Shown here: one piece after another, positions 27,625 to 41,205 of the stretch
Layout of the letters: each line of letters starts with the position of its first letter
Numbering within the stretch: position 1 is the first letter of the stretch
Source of the DNA: Heterodontus francisci
Taxonomy: Eukaryota
NCBI RefSeq assembly: GCF_036365525.1
Contig: NW_027142325.1
Coordinates: forward strand, 310,001 to 374,000
DNA length: 64,000 nucleotides
Direction: 5' to 3'
Made by a program: the position numbers and the translations under genes
The notes under the pieces: model-generated
The model's database searches: none
Seen by the model: the letters and a program-made list of their open reading frames with translations, nothing else
What the model was told of the DNA's origin: nothing

Positions 27625-27900
27625 GCTGCAGCTGCCCCGATAGCTCAATGGCTAAAGACTCCACCTGGTCTGGTCCTGAACCACATGGGTAAATAAACTC
27701 TCAGCAATCCCGGGATTTGAAAGGGGAATATTGCCCGGGATTCCTGCTCCTGATCACTCTCCAGACACTCCTGCTGGAAGGTGTCTTATTGGACATTGAA
27801 TAAGACAATGGGCCAGCATGTGATGCTCTCCACAGTCAAATAGTCCATTGCCACTCATTGACCAGGCTTGTGCTGTAAGGAAGGCCATCTGGGTGAGATC
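27625..27900 (+). mobile_element. LF-SINE-like element just downstream of exon V1
   Basis: gggattcctgctcctgatcactctccagacactcctgctggaa...gtgatgctctccacagtcaaatagtcc...cactca...ggccatctgggtgag resembles the recalled LF-SINE body. Confidence 0.6.
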
Positions 27901-28916
27901 AGTAATAATATTTTAGGATAATGAGCTATTTCAGTTTGGACATTGGGTAAGTGCAGCATGTCCATCTCAGTCTCAGTGCTGTAGGCCTGCAGTGTCCAGC
28001 TCAAAGCTGATTGGACCTGTTCCACCACTTCATATATTCTCAGTGGAGAATTGGCGGGTGGATCACAGGGAGACGATGTCAATTGGGTCATTGCTGCTCA
28101 GCTCACACTTCAGGGCAGTACCGAGGGAGTGCTGCACTGGCTGAGGTGCCATTAGCTGCACTTTAACCTTCCTCCGATGTTGCCCCGCACGTCGATTGAA
28201 TCTTCTGGGCATTTCTGGGACCAATGGGAAATGATATTTAACCGAGACAAATGCAGTGTGATGCGGGTAGGTAGGATCAACACGGAATTCACTGAACATT
28301 TACAGGGAATAATACAGAAAGTGGCTGAGAGAGAAAAGGATCGAGACTGTTAATGTACACACATCACTCAAAATTCACAACCAATGCAGTGAAGCCATTG
28401 ACAAAACAAACAGGGCATTGGGTTGTATTAACAAAACCATTCAGTACAAGTCAAACCACTTCCCACTTTCTGCTAGTCTGAGAAACGTCCCTGACCTCTT
28501 ACCCTCTGTTTCCTGTTTTGTCACCATCTTTCAATCTGTTCTGCTACCCGGCCTCCTGAGCCCACAATCCCTGGGATCTCCACTGGCTGAGTACTACACT
28601 GGGCAATGCCTCTACCTACTGGACCACAGGGAGAGCTCAGAACTGAAATAAATTAAAGTTCTCATCAAGACCTGGATTTTGCTGCCTCACTGTGTGGTGG
28701 AGGGAGGTTCAATTGAAACATTTAAAAGGGAATTAGATTGAAATAAAGGAAGAATGTGCAGGGTTTTGGGGAGAAGGCGGGGGGAATAGCAGGAAGTGAA
28801 TTGCTCTTTCGGTGAGCCGGTGCAGACATGTTGGGCTGAATGGTCTCCTTCTGCAGTGTAACAATTCTGTGATCTGTGAAGACACTGATCCATTCTAATG
28901 TCTGTCCTTTCCTCAG

Positions 28917-29267
28917 CTGCTAGTGGAAATGTCTCAGTGGTGACTGGGACCGAGGGAGCTTCAGTTACATTGCCCTGTATGTTCACACCCAGGAGTTACC
29001 GCACCCTGTCCACTGTTACATGGATGAGGAAGGAGCCCTACCAACACATAGTCACATTTAGAGCCCAATCAAATGGATCTTGGACAACTGCAAATGGTGG
29101 AAATCGGTACGAGCTCATCGGGAATCCAAAGGAGGGAAACGCCTCAACCAGGATAAACCAGCTGAGTGTGAATAACAATCACACTTACCTGTGTCTGGTG
29201 GAATACACATCATTGGACAATTATCAACATCTGATCCAGACTGAGACACAGCTGCAGGTTGTACATG
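28917..29267 (+). CDS. SIGLEC15-like: Exon encoding second V-set Ig domain (V2) of the Siglec-15-like receptor
   Basis: Acceptor tgtcctttcctcag|28917, donor catg|gtaaga at 29267; 351 nt, phase 1/1, in frame with V1. V-set pattern EGASVTLPC..TW..RYELIGNPKEGNAS.RI..L....TYLCLVE; WMRKEPY echoes Siglec-15 WRAGEPY; four N-X-S/T sequons (NVS, NGS, NAS, NHT). Confidence 0.9.
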
Positions 29268-29339
29268 GTAAGAAACCATTCCCACATTCTCCAGTGTATC
29301 GAGGTTGTACAGTGAGGGTGAGCAGTGTAATATAAAACA

Positions 29340-29650
29340 CTCATCAGCTGTGGCTCAGTGGTTATCACTCTCACCTCTGAGTCAGTCGGTTGTGGGTTCA
29401 AGACACTCCAATGCAATACTGATGGAATGTGACACTGTTTAAGGTACTGTGTATGAGAAGAGATATTAAAGTAAGGCCTTATCTGGAAGAGTATGGGAGT
29501 TGACCTAATGTCCTGGTCAATACTTATCTCTGAACCAACATCATCAAACCATAGTCTGATAATTATCTCATTGCTGTTTATGGGATCTTGCTGTGTGCAA
29601 ATTATCTGCTGTGTATCCTGCATTAAAACAGTGACTACACTTCAAAAACA
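29340..29650 (+). mobile_element. Deu-domain SINE
   Basis: tRNA-like head gtggctcagtggttatcactctcacctctgagtcag..gggttcaag; body tatgggatcttgctgtgtgcaaatt...cagtgactacacttcaaaa. Confidence 0.6.
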
Positions 29651-30366
29651 AAGTTCTGTCATTCACTGACTTCCTGGCTGACCTGCATCTTAACTCCATT
29701 TAATGAACTTGTTTCTGGAACCCTTCCTACCCTTGTCTAACAAAATCTATCAATCTCAGTGTTGAAATTTTCAATACATTCCCAGCATCAATAGCTTTTC
29801 CAGGGAGAGTTTCAGATTTCCATTATCCTTTGTGTGAAGAAGTCCTTCCTGACATCACCCCAAACAGCCCAGCTCTAATTTGAAGGTTATGGCCCCTTGT
29901 TCTGGACTCTCCCACCAGAGGAAATAGTTTCTCTCTATCTGTCCGGTGCCAGGGATCGGGACATCGGCTCAGGGCTGGAGAGGAACTTGCAGTGGGAGGG
30001 GGAGGATCCAGTTGTCATCATCCCCATGGGTACCAACAACGTATTTATAGAACCAGGAAAAAGGTTCTGCAAAGCGAGTATGAGCAGCTAGAAGCTAAAT
30101 TAAAAAGCAGGACCACAAAGGAAATAACCTCTGGGGTATTACCTGAGCCACGAGCATATTGGCGGAGGGTAAATAAGATTAGATAGTTAAATGCATCGCT
30201 CAAAGAGTGATGAGGGAGAACTGGGTTTTGATTTATGGGGCACTGGCACCTGTACTGGGGAATGTGGGAGCTGTACCGTTGGCACGGTCTTCATCTGAAC
30301 CATGTTGGGACCAGTGTTCTGTTGAGTCATATAACTAGGGCAGTAGAGAGGGCTTTTACACTAAAA

Positions 30367-33050
30367 GGAAGGATGAATGAGAATGGACAGAGACTGCTTG
30401 AGTTGTGTACCTATCATAACCTCTGCATCACCAACTTGTTCTTTCACACTAAACCCTGTCACCAGGTTTCTTGGAGGCACCCAAGATCACGTCGTTGGCA
30501 CCAGCTGGACCTCATCGTCACAAGGCGAGCCTCTCTAAACAGCGTTCAAATCACACGCAGCTTCCACAGTGCGGACTGCGACACCGACCACTCCCTGGTG
30601 TGCAGCAAAGTTAGACTCAAACCAAAAAAGCTGCATCACTCCAAGCAGTAGGGCCGCCCGCGCATCAACACGAGCAGAATTTCTTATCCACAGCTGTTAC
30701 ATAAGTTTCTAAATTCACTTGAAAAAGCCCTTCAAAACACTCCCTCAGGGGATGCAGAGACCAAGTGGGCCCACATCAGAGACACCATCTATGACTCAGC
30801 AATGACCACCTATGGCAAACGTGTGAAGCAGAATGCAGACTGGTTTCAATCTCACTTTGAAGAGCTGGAACCTGTCATAGCCGCTAAGTGCATTGCACTG
30901 CTGAACGACAAGAAAGCCCCCAGCGAGTTAACATCCGTAGCACTTAAAGCAGCCAGAAGCACTGCACAAAGAACAGTCAGGCGCTGCACAAATGACTACT
31001 GGCAACACCTATGCAGTCATATTCAGCTGGCCTCTGACACCGGAAACATCAGAGGAATGTTTGATGGCATTAAGAGAGCTTTTGGGCCAACCATCAAGAA
31101 GATCGCCCCCCCTCAAATCTAAATCAGGGGACACAATCACTGACCAAGGCAAGCAAATCGACCGCTGGGTTGAGCACTACCGAGAGCTGTACTCCAGGGA
31201 AAATGTTGTCACTGAGACCATCCTCAATGCAGCCCAGTCTCTGCCAGTCATGGATGAGCTGGATGTACAGCCATCAAAATCGGAACTCAGTGATGCCATT
31301 GATCCTTTAGCCAACGGAAAAGCCCCTGGGAAGGACGGCATTACCCCTGAAATAATCAAGAGTGCCAAGACTGCTATACTTTCAGCACTGTACAAACTGC
31401 TTTGCCTGTGCTGGGATGAGGGAGCAGTACCACATGACATGCGCGATGCCAATATCATCAACCTCTGTAAGAACAAAGGTGACCGCGGTGAATGCAACAA
31501 CTACTGTGAAATCTCCCTGCTCAGCATAGTGGGTAAAGTCTTCGCTCGAGTTGCTTTAAACAGGCTCCAGAAGCTGGCTGAGCGTGTCTACCCTGAGGCA
31601 CAGTGTGGTTTTCGAGCAGAGAGATCCACCACTGACATGCTGTTCTCCCTTCGTCAGATACAGGAGAAATGCCGTGAACAACAGATGCCCCTCTACGTTG
31701 CTGTCATTGATCTCACCAAAGCCTTTGACCTCATCAGCAGACGTGGTCTCTTCAGACTACTAGAAAAGATCGGATGTCCACCAAAGCTACTAAATATCAT
31801 CACCTCATTCCATGACAATATGAAAGGCACAATTCAGCATAGCGGCGCCTCATCAGACCCCTTTCCTATCCTGAGTGGCGTGAAACAGGGCTGTGTTCTC
31901 GCACCCACACTGTTTGAGATCTTCTTCTCCCTGCTGCTCTCTCATGTGTTCAAGTCTTCAGAAGAAGGAATTTTCCTCCACGCAAGATCAGATGGCAGGT
32001 TGTTCAACCTTGCCCGTCTAAGAGCGAAGACCAAAGTACAGAAAGTCCTCATCAGGGAACTCCTCTTTGCTGACGATGCTGCTTTAACATCTCACACGGA
32101 AGAGTGCCTGCAGAGTTTCATTGACAGGTTTGCGGCTGCCTGCAATGAATTTGGCCTAACCATCAGCCTCAAGAAAACGAACATCATGGGACAGGACGTC
32201 AGAAATGCTCCATCCATCAATATCAGTGACCATGCTCTGGAAGTGGTTCAAGAGTTCACCTAGCTGGGCTCAACTATCACCAGTAACCTGTCTCTGGATG
32301 CAGAAATCAACAAGCGCATGGGAAAGGCTTCCACTGCTATGTCCAGACTGGCCAAGAGAGTGTGGGAAAATGGCGCACTGACACGGAACACAAAAGTCCG
32401 AGTGTATCAAGCCTGTATCCTCAGTACCTTGCTCTACAGCAGCGAGGCCTGGACAAAGTATGTCAGCCAAGAGCGACGTCTCAATTCATTCCATCTTCAC
32501 TGCCTCCGGAGAATCCTTGGCATCAGGTGGCAGGACCGTATCTCCAACACAGAAGTGTTCGAGGCGGCCAACATCCCCAGCTTGTACACACTACTGAGTC
32601 AGCGGTACTTGAGATGGCTTGGCCATGTGAGCCGCATGGAAGATGGCAGGATCCCAAAGGACACATTGTACAGCGAGCTCGTCACTGGTATCAGACCCAC
32701 CAGCTGTCCATGTCTCCGCTTTAAAGACGTCTGCAAACGCGACATGACGTCCTGTGACATTATTCACAAGTCGTGGGAGTCAGTTGCCAGTGATCGCCAG
32801 AGCTGGCGGGCAGCCATAAAGGCGGGGTAAAGCGTGGCGAGTCGAAGATACTGAGCAGTTGGCCGGAAAAAGAACAGAAGCGCAAGGGGAGAGCCAACTG
32901 TGTAACAGCCCTGACAACCAATTTTATCTGCAGCGCCTGTGGAAGAGTCTGTCACTCTAGAATTGGCCTTTACAGCCACTCCAGGCGCTGCTCCACAAAC
33001 CACTGACCACCTCCAGGCGCTTACCCATTGTCTCTCGAGACAAGTAGGCC
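30367..33050 (+). mobile_element. RTE-clade LINE, 5'-truncated, few disruptions
   Basis: NENGQRLLELC..HPRSRRWHQLD..DTDH (APE); PEAQCGFR, GVKQGCVLAP, LLFADD (RT); RWLGHV.RMEDGRIPK. Confidence 0.93.
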
Positions 33051-34390
33051 AAAGAGTGGGGGGAAGAGATCATGTGAGAGGAGATGTGGTAAATCAAATG
33101 AAAACGATAAGGTAATCGAGCAGAGTGGCGAATTAAGTAGTGATAACCAGAGTGCGGCAAGCTTAAGAGTGTACCAGCAGAGAAGACCAGAGATGGCAGA
33201 AATGGTATAAAGAGAGAGTTAAAGGCGCTGTATCTGAATGCACACAGCATTCGTAATGAACAGTTGCTACACTGTATGACAGAGTATACAGGAAGAAATA
33301 AATGGGGCCTGTAAGAAAGGTACTGCAATCACATGGGTGATTTTAATCTATATAGATTGGACGAATCAGATTGGCAAATGTTGCTTGAAAAATGAGTTCA
33401 CAGAGTGTATTTCGGACAATTTCACAGAGCAGTACGTTCTGGAACCAACTAGGGAGCATGCTATTCTAGACCTGGTAATGTGCAATGAGACAGGATTGGT
33501 CATTAACCTCATGGTAAAGGAGCCTCTAGGTGACAGTGATTATAACATGAGAGAATTTCACATTCAGTTTGAAGGGGAGATGTGTGGGCCTAAGACGAGT
33601 GTTTAAACCTAAATAAAGGTAAATACAAGAGTATGCCAGCAAAAAATATAAAATCAGACTGTAAAAGCTTCTACAGGTACGTAAAAAGGAAAAAGACAAA
33701 TGTGGGTCCATTACAGGCAGAGTAAGGACAATTTATAATGGGAATAGAGAAATGGCAGAGAAGCTAAATAATTATTTTGTGTCTGTCTTCCCTGAGGAAG
33801 ATATAAGAAATTTCCCAGAATTAGAGATCCAAGGGGTTAGGGGGAATGAGGAATTGAAGGAAATTAGTATTAGTAAGAAGATTGTATTGGAGAAATTAAT
33901 GGGGCTGAAGGTTGATAAGTCCCCGGGACCTGATATTCTACATCCCAGAGTGTTTAAAAAGGTAGCTATGGAGATAGTGGATGCATTGGTGATCATCTTC
34001 CAAAATTCTATAGATTCTGGAGCAATTCCTGCAGATTGGAAGGTTGCAAATGTCATCCCACTATTTAAGAAGGGAGGGAGAGAAAACAGGGAATTACAGA
34101 CCTGTTAGCCTTACATCGGTCATTGGGAAAATGCTAGAATCTATTCTAAAGGATGTGATAAATGGACACTTGGATAATAATGATCTGATTGGGCATAGTC
34201 AACATGGATTTATGAATGGGAAATCATGTTTGATGAACCTGTTGAAGTTTTTTGAGGATGTTACTAACAGAATTGATAAAGCAGAGTGGTATACCTGGAT
34301 TTTCAGAAGGCTTTTGATAAAGTCCCCCACAGGAGGTTGTTTAGCAAAATTAAAGCACATGGGATAGGAGGTAATCTACTGGCATGGATT

Positions 34391-35560
34391 TCTTTCTTTT
34401 TCTTTTTCTTTTGGGCCTCCTTATCTCGAGAGACAATGGATACGCGCCTGGAGGTGGTCAGTGGTTTGTGAAGCAGCGCCTGGAGTGGCTATAAAGGCCA
34501 ATTCTGGAGTGACAGGCTCTTCCACAGGTGCTGCAGAGAAATTTGTTTGTTGGGGCTGTTGCACAGTTGGCTCTCCCCTTGCGCCTCTGTCTTTTTTCCT
34601 GCCAACTACTAAGTCTCTTCGACTCGCCACAATTTAGCCCTGTCTTTATGGCTGCCCGCCAGCTCTGGCGAATGCTGGCAACTGACTCCCACGACTTGTG
34701 ATCAATGTCACACGATTTCATGTCGCGTTTGCAGACGTCTTTATAACGGAGACATGGACGGCCGGTGGGTCTGATACCAGTGGCGAGCTCGCTGTACAAT
34801 GTGTCTTTGGGGATCCTGCCATCTTCCATGCGGCTCACATGGCCAAGCCATCTCAAGCGCCGCTGACTCAGTAGTGTGTATAAGCTGGGGGTGTTGGCCG
34901 CTTCAAGGACTTCTGTGTTGGAGATATAGTCCTGCCACCTGATGCCAAGTATTCTCCGAAGGCAGCGAAGATGGAATGAATTGAGACGTCGCTCTTGTCT
35001 GGCATACGTTGTCCAGGCCTCGCTGCCGTAGAGCAAGGTACTGAGGACACAGGCCTGATACACTCGGACTTTTGTGTTCCGTGTCAGTGCGCCATTTTCC
35101 CACACTCTCTTGGCCAGTCTGGACATAGCAGTGGAAGCCTTACCCATGCGCTTGTTGATTTCTGCATCTAGAGACAGGTTACTGGTGATAGTTGAGCCTA
35201 GGTAGGTGAACTCTTGAACCACTTCCAGAGCGTGGTCGCCAATATTGATGGATGGAGCATTTCTGACATCCTGCCCCATGATGTTCGTTTTCTTGAGGCT
35301 GATGGTTAGGCCAAATTCATTGCAGGCAGACGCAAACCTGTCGATGAGACTCTGCAGGCATTCTTCAGTGTGAGATGTTAAAGCAGCATCGTCAGCAAAG
35401 AGGAGTTCTCTGATGAGGACTTTCCGTACTTTGGACTTGGCTCTTAGACGGGCAAGGTTGAACAACCTGCCCCCTGATCTTGTGTGGAGGAAAATTCCTT
35501 CTTCAGAGGATTTGAACGCATGTGAAAGCAGCAGGGAGAAGAAAATCCCAAAAAGTGTGA
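34391..35560 (-). mobile_element. RTE-clade LINE 3' fragment with open 335-aa reading frame
   Basis: LLFADD...RLRWLGHVSRMEDGRIPK...CSTCGRACHSRIGLYSH; (aagaaa)n tail at 34391-34412. Confidence 0.93.
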
Positions 35561-35944
35561 AAAAAACTAATTGAAACCTACAAAATACTTAAAGGGATAG
35601 ACAGAGTAGATGCAGCCATGATGTTTCCCCTGGGTGAGGAGTCTCGAACCAGGGGACACAATTTCAAAATAAGCGGGAAGCCACTTAGGACAGAAATGAG
35701 GAGAGATTTCTTTACTCAGAGGGTTGTGAATCGTTGGAATTCTCTACCCCAGAGGGCTGTGGAAGCTCAGTCATTGAGTGTGTTTAAAGCAGAGATTGAC
35801 AGATTTCTAAATACCAATGACATAAGGGGATATGGGGATAATGTGGGAAAAATGCATTGAAGTGGATGATCAGCCATGATCATCTTGAATGGCAGGGCAG
35901 GCTGGATGGGCTGAATGGCCTACTCCTGCTCCTATGTTCCTATG

Positions 35945-38310
35945 AAGGCAGAGTTATCTAAAGTGAACTGGGAAACTAGGTTAAAAGGTAGGACAGTAGA
36001 GATGCAGTGGCAGACTTTTAGGGAGATATTTAATAACTCTCAGCAAAGATTTATTTGAGTGGAAAGAATGATTCTTTGAGAAACATGCATCATCCGTGGT
36101 TAAATAAGCAAGTTGAGGATAGTATCAAATGAAAGAAACACTGTATAAATCTGCAAAGGTTAGTGCTGTGTCAGAAGCTTGGACAGTCTGAGAGAGAACT
36201 AGCTGGTGATATAAAAACAGATTGTAAGGGTTTCTACATGTATTTAAATAAGAAAAGAGTAACTAAAGCTAGAATTGGTTCTCTAGAGTGTGAGTCTGGG
36301 TAATTGATCATGGTAAACAAGGAAATAGCGGAGGTGTTGAACAGGTATTTTGTATCTGTTTTCACTGCAGAAGACTGAGAAAACCTGCCAAAGATACTTG
36401 AAAATCAGGAGGTGAAAGGGAGGGAGAAATTTAAAACAATCACCATCACCAGGGAAAAGCTGCTGGGAAAACTATTAGGCCCAAAGGTTGACAACTCCCC
36501 AGGATCAGATGGTCTGCATCCTAGGGTCTTAAAAGAAGTGGCTGCAGACAGAGTAGAGGCTTTGTTTATAATCTTCCAAAATTCATAGATTCTGGAAGGG
36601 TCTGAGCGGATTGCAAAATAGCAAATGTAAAATCTTCATTCAAGAAAGGAGGGAGACAGGAAGCAGGAAACTATAGGCCAGTTCGTCTAACATATATCAT
36701 AGGGAAATTGCTAGAATCCATTATTAAGGAGTTTATAGAAGGATACTTCGAAAATCATAATGGGATCTGACAGACTCAACATGGTTTTGTAAAAGGGAAA
36801 TCATGTTTAACTAATTTATTAAAGTTCTTTGAGGAATTCACAAGCAAGGTGGATAAAGGGGAATCTGTAGTTGTGGTGTACTTGGACTTCCAAAAGGTAT
36901 TTGATAAGGTGTCACATAAAAGGTTACTACACAAGATAAGAGCACATGGTGTAGGAAGTAACATATTAGCATGAATAAAAGACTAGTTAGTTAACATGAA
37001 GCAGAGAGTAGGGATAAATGGGTCTTTTTCAGGTTGACAAGATGTAACAAGTGGAGTGCCACAGGGTTCAGTGCGGGTGCCTCAACTATTTTAAATTTAT
37101 GTCAATGAATTGGGGCGGCACAGTGGTTAGCACCGCAACTTCACAGCTCCAGGGACCCGGGTTCGATTCTGGGTACTGCCTGTGTGGAGTTTGCAAGTTC
37201 TCCCTGTGACCGCGTGGGTTTTCGCCGGGTGCTCCGGTTTCCTCCCACAGGTGATAGGTAAATTGGCCATTGTAAATTGCTCCTAGTGTAGGCAGGTGGT
37301 AGGGAATATGGGATTACTGTAGGGTTAGTCGGGACAGACTCAGTGGGCCAAAGGGCCTGTTTCAGTGCTGTATCGCTAAATAAAATATAAATAAAAAGAG
37401 ACCAAATGTATGGTTGCTAAATTTGCCCAGGACACCAAGATAGGAAGTAAGCTGTCAAGAGGACATAAAGAGTTTACAAAAGGATATAAATAGATTAAGT
37501 GAGTGGGTAAAAATTTAGCAGATGGAGTATAATGTGGGAAAATGTGAACTTGTCCACTTTGACAGGAAGCTTAGAAAAGCGGTATACTATTTAAATGGAG
37601 AGAGATTGCAGAACCCGGTGGTACAGAGGGATCTGGGTGTCCTGGTACATGAGTCACAAAAGGTTAATATGCAGGTACAGCAAGTGATTAGGAAGGTAAA
37701 TGGAACATTGATGTTTATTGCAAGGGAAATTGTGTGTCAAAGTGGGTAAGTTTTACTGCAGCTGGACAGGGCCTTGTGAGACCACATCTGGAGAACTGTG
37801 TGCAGTTTTGGTCTCCTTATTTGAAAAGGATATAATTGTGTTAGAAGCAGTTCAGAGACGGATCACTCGACTAATTCTGGGGATGGAGAGCTTATCTTAT
37901 GAAGAAAGGTTGAACAGGTTGGGCCGAGACTTGTTGGAGGTTAGAACAATGAGAGGTGATCTTACTGAAACATATAGGTTCCTGAGGGGACGTGATAGAG
38001 TGTATACTGGGAGGGTGTTTTCTCTTGTGGGGGAGACGAGAACTAGGGGACACAGTTTAAGAATAAGAGCTCTCCCTTTTAAGATGGCGATGAGGAGAAT
38101 TTCTTTTTCTCGAACGGTCATTAGTCTGTGGAATTCTGTTCCCCAGAAAGCAGTGGAGGCAGGGTCAATGAGTTTATTCAAAGCTGAGTTAGATGGATTT
38201 TTGATAGACAAGGGAGTCAAGGGTTATGGGGGGGGGCAGACAGGAAAGTGGAGTTAGGATCACAACCAGATCAGGAATAATCTTATCGAAAGGCGGAGCA
38301 GGCTCACAAG
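35945..38310 (+). mobile_element. Decayed CR1 ORF2 to 3' end
   Basis: [32 protein letters not shown] motifs. Confidence 0.85.
37111..37397 (+). mobile_element. HE1-type SINE
   Basis: ggggcggcacagtggttagcaccgc...gggttcgattc...gggcctgtttcagtgctgtatc, (taaa)n tail. Confidence 0.85.
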
Positions 38311-38526
38311 AACAAAAGAAATAGCAGCAGGAATAGACCATGTGACCCGTCAAGCCTGCTCCGCCATTCAATATGATCATGGCTGATCTTGGGCTTCAAT
38401 TCCACTTTCCCGCCCAGCCTCAGTCTCAGCCTTAAATATATTCAGTGATGGAGCATCCGCAACCCTCTGGGGTAGAGAATTCCAAAGATTCACAACCCCT
38501 TGAGTGAAGTAATTTCTCATCTCAGT

Positions 38527-39365
38527 TGTCATACTGGGCCCCCCACCTGCCAAGAATGAGGCACATTAATTTCACCACACGGACATTAAATTTCAAATTG
38601 TTGTTGGGAAGAAGAGAAGGCCTGTGACAATGGGTTACCAGGCCCCTGGCTGGAAAGATATTTTTGGAACAAAGGAGCTATCCCCTGCTCCAATACAATC
38701 CACAAACAGATGTGGTCAGACCAGTTAGTCACATGACTAACCTGCTTGGTTGGCATCTCGATTTATTTCTGATTTGTACAGTTTTGAACTGAGAATCTGC
38801 AGAAAACTGTTTACTCCCAGACTGAAGAAGACCTCCTGTCTGTCTGTCTGCCTGCTCCCATCGCTTTCTCACCAGCTTCTGAATCCATTGAAGACACATG
38901 AACCCCAAGAGAGAAAAGTCTCCTACAGTGAACAAGGTTTAAGAAGAATACTGGGCCCCAATGAAAAGCAAGATCTGCTTACAAGCAAGGACTCTGCAGT
39001 GAGTTCGAAGACCTGTAACAAAAACTCTTCAGATATTGCTGTAAGCTTTTACGCTTTATTTCTTCTGCTCTTTTCTGTCCCTATCTGCATGTGTATACCA
39101 CGTATGCATGCTAGCATGAGCGCGTCGTGCATCCATAGGCATTAACTGAATTAGAGTTTAAGTTTAATAAAATTTCACTTTTCTTCTTTAAACCTAAGAA
39201 AATCTGTTTGTGCTGGTTTCATTGCCTTATAATTGGAAAGCTGTGAACAAGAGTTCACCAAGGGAGAGCTAAAAACACAGTGTATTTGAAATAAAACCCT
39301 GTTACAGTAATACCAGGTGAAGGCCGAAAGGGAATCCTAGACCTCTTTCTCACCTGATCGTAACA
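38527..39365 (+). mobile_element. Solo LTR with perfect 4-bp TSD (CAGT)
   Basis: cagt|tgtca...cacctgatcgtaaca|cagt; related to the LTR at 56413-57149. Confidence 0.9.
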
Positions 39366-39394
39366 CAGTCCTTATCCTGAGACTGTGCCCCTGT

Positions 39395-40414
39395 TGTTAC
39401 GAGGGTTTCCATTTTTTGTTATAACTTGAGAATCTATATTTTAAAAACTGAAAAGGATTCCATGGATGCTGGAATCTTCAAGAAGCTGAACTTTGGATGT
39501 TTTTTTATGGGAAGGTCAACAGAAGGTTGACCATTAAACAAATTTTACTGAAAAACATCGGTTTGCAAATAACCCAGCAGGGTGTTTGTGCTGTGACTCT
39601 GAAAAGGATGTTTACAAGGAAATGACAAACCAAGATTTCAGGTTGTCATACAGCCTGCCTCTGGAAAAGCTTTTGTTTCATTTTGAACTCTTAAGAAAGG
39701 CCAGTGGTTGTTTGGCCAAGAACAGAAAGAAATTTGCTTCCTGACCTGCCAGAAGAAAACAGCTCTCTCTTTAAAGAATTCCTGCATCAAGTTGTATTGT
39801 TGCCTCCCTGTATTTGAAGAAATCCTGAATATTTTCAGAAACCTTGCATCTTTGAAAGAACTTTGCATAGAATGTGCAAGAATTGAAACCTTTGTTACTG
39901 CACATCTGATGTAAGACTTATGCAATGCCTTCCGTAGCTGCATCTCTTGAAAACCTACCTAGACTGTTCATCAACATTGTTGGAAAGAACTGTTCTAGGA
40001 CGATTCCCAGTGGCAGCCACCTATTCGCCTTTGGGACACCTCGCCAACACAGAGGACTTCCATACCTTCTCTTCAGTCTCAGTTTTTTATTCCTTCCAAC
40101 TGTAACAGTTGTAAACAAAAATCATTTTTTCTCCCGGTTAACCGGTTGTTTATGTGAGTGTGTGAGGGCGAGGATAAAAATAAAGGGTTTTAATATTTCA
40201 ATTCGTGCATATGTTTACTTCATTATTGGTTAAGACTTAGTTTATAATAAATGGATAATTTTGTTGTTTATTAAAAAATATCTGGTTGGTGTGCTTTATT
40301 CTGGAGTAAAATAGATTGGCTGTTTCAGTAAGTGGGAAAATTTAAATACATGTTGTGACCTGTGGAGAAGTGGGACTGAATTAACAGTGCACTCCTCCTG
40401 CCTCGGTTATAACA
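39395..40414 (+). mobile_element. Solo LTR (different family; 3' end related to the LTR at 878-1774)
   Basis: tgttac...ttataaca termini; cctgtggagaagtgggactgaattaacagtgcactc resembles ~1675-1710. TSD unclear. Confidence 0.75.
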
Positions 40415-40914
40415 TCTTGTTTTAGATTCCCCGCATGGCGGAAACAATCTCTCAGTGTCTACCCGATCCAGAACTTTCAGAATCATGTACATTTCAATGA
40501 GATGCCTCACATTTTTCGAAATTCCAGAGAATGTAGTCCCAATTTACACAGCCTTTCATCATAGGACAACCCCCTCATCCCAGGGACCAATTTAGTGAAC
40601 CTTCGCTGCAACCTCTCCAATGCAAGTATATCCTTTTTTAAATGTGGAGACCAAAAATGCACACAGTGTTCCAGATGTGGTCTCACCAAATCCCTGTACA
40701 ATTATAGCAAGACTTCTTTATTCCTGTACTCCAATCCCCTTGCAATAAAGGCCAACATGCCATTTGCCTTCCTAACTGCTTGCTGTACCTGCATGCTATC
40801 TTTTTATGCTCGAAGGGTGACAGTATTAAACCTTTTCATTGTAAATACAACAGTATTAACTTGTCACTGTAAATACTACTGTATTAATCCCTGTCACTGT
40901 AAGTTTTTTTATTA

Positions 40915-41205
40915 GAGTCATAGAAAGATACAGCACCGAAACAGGCCCTTCGGCCCACCGAGTCAGCACCGACCATCAACCACCCATTTATACTTATCCT
41001 ACATTAACCCCATATTCCCTCTCACATCCCTACCTTCCCTCAATTCTCCTAACATCTACCTACACTGGAGGCAATTTTACAATGGCCAATTTACCTATCA
41101 ACCCTCAAGTCTTTGGCTGTGGGAGGAAACCGGAGCACCCGGAGGAAGCCCACACGGTCACAGGGAGAACTTGCAAACTCCGCACAGGCAGTACCCAGAA
41201 TTGAA
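40915..41205 (-). mobile_element. HE1-type SINE, 5'-truncated
   Basis: gatacagcaccgaaacaggcccttcggcccacc...gggaggaaaccggagcaccc. Confidence 0.82.

Larger units (their letters stand above)
29940..35945 (+). mobile_element. Decayed CR1 (ORF1 esterase remnant to 3' tail) interrupted by two RTE insertions
   Basis: GEDPVVIIPMGTNN, HGLHLN at 29940-30366; APE/RT pieces 33050-34390; 3' end 35560-35945. Confidence 0.8.
38310..40800 (-). mobile_element. CR1 3' end (minus) interrupted by two solo LTRs
   Basis: LVRPHLEHCVHFWSP...QRRFTKL on minus; tail aagaacaaaagaaatagcagcagga. Confidence 0.8.
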
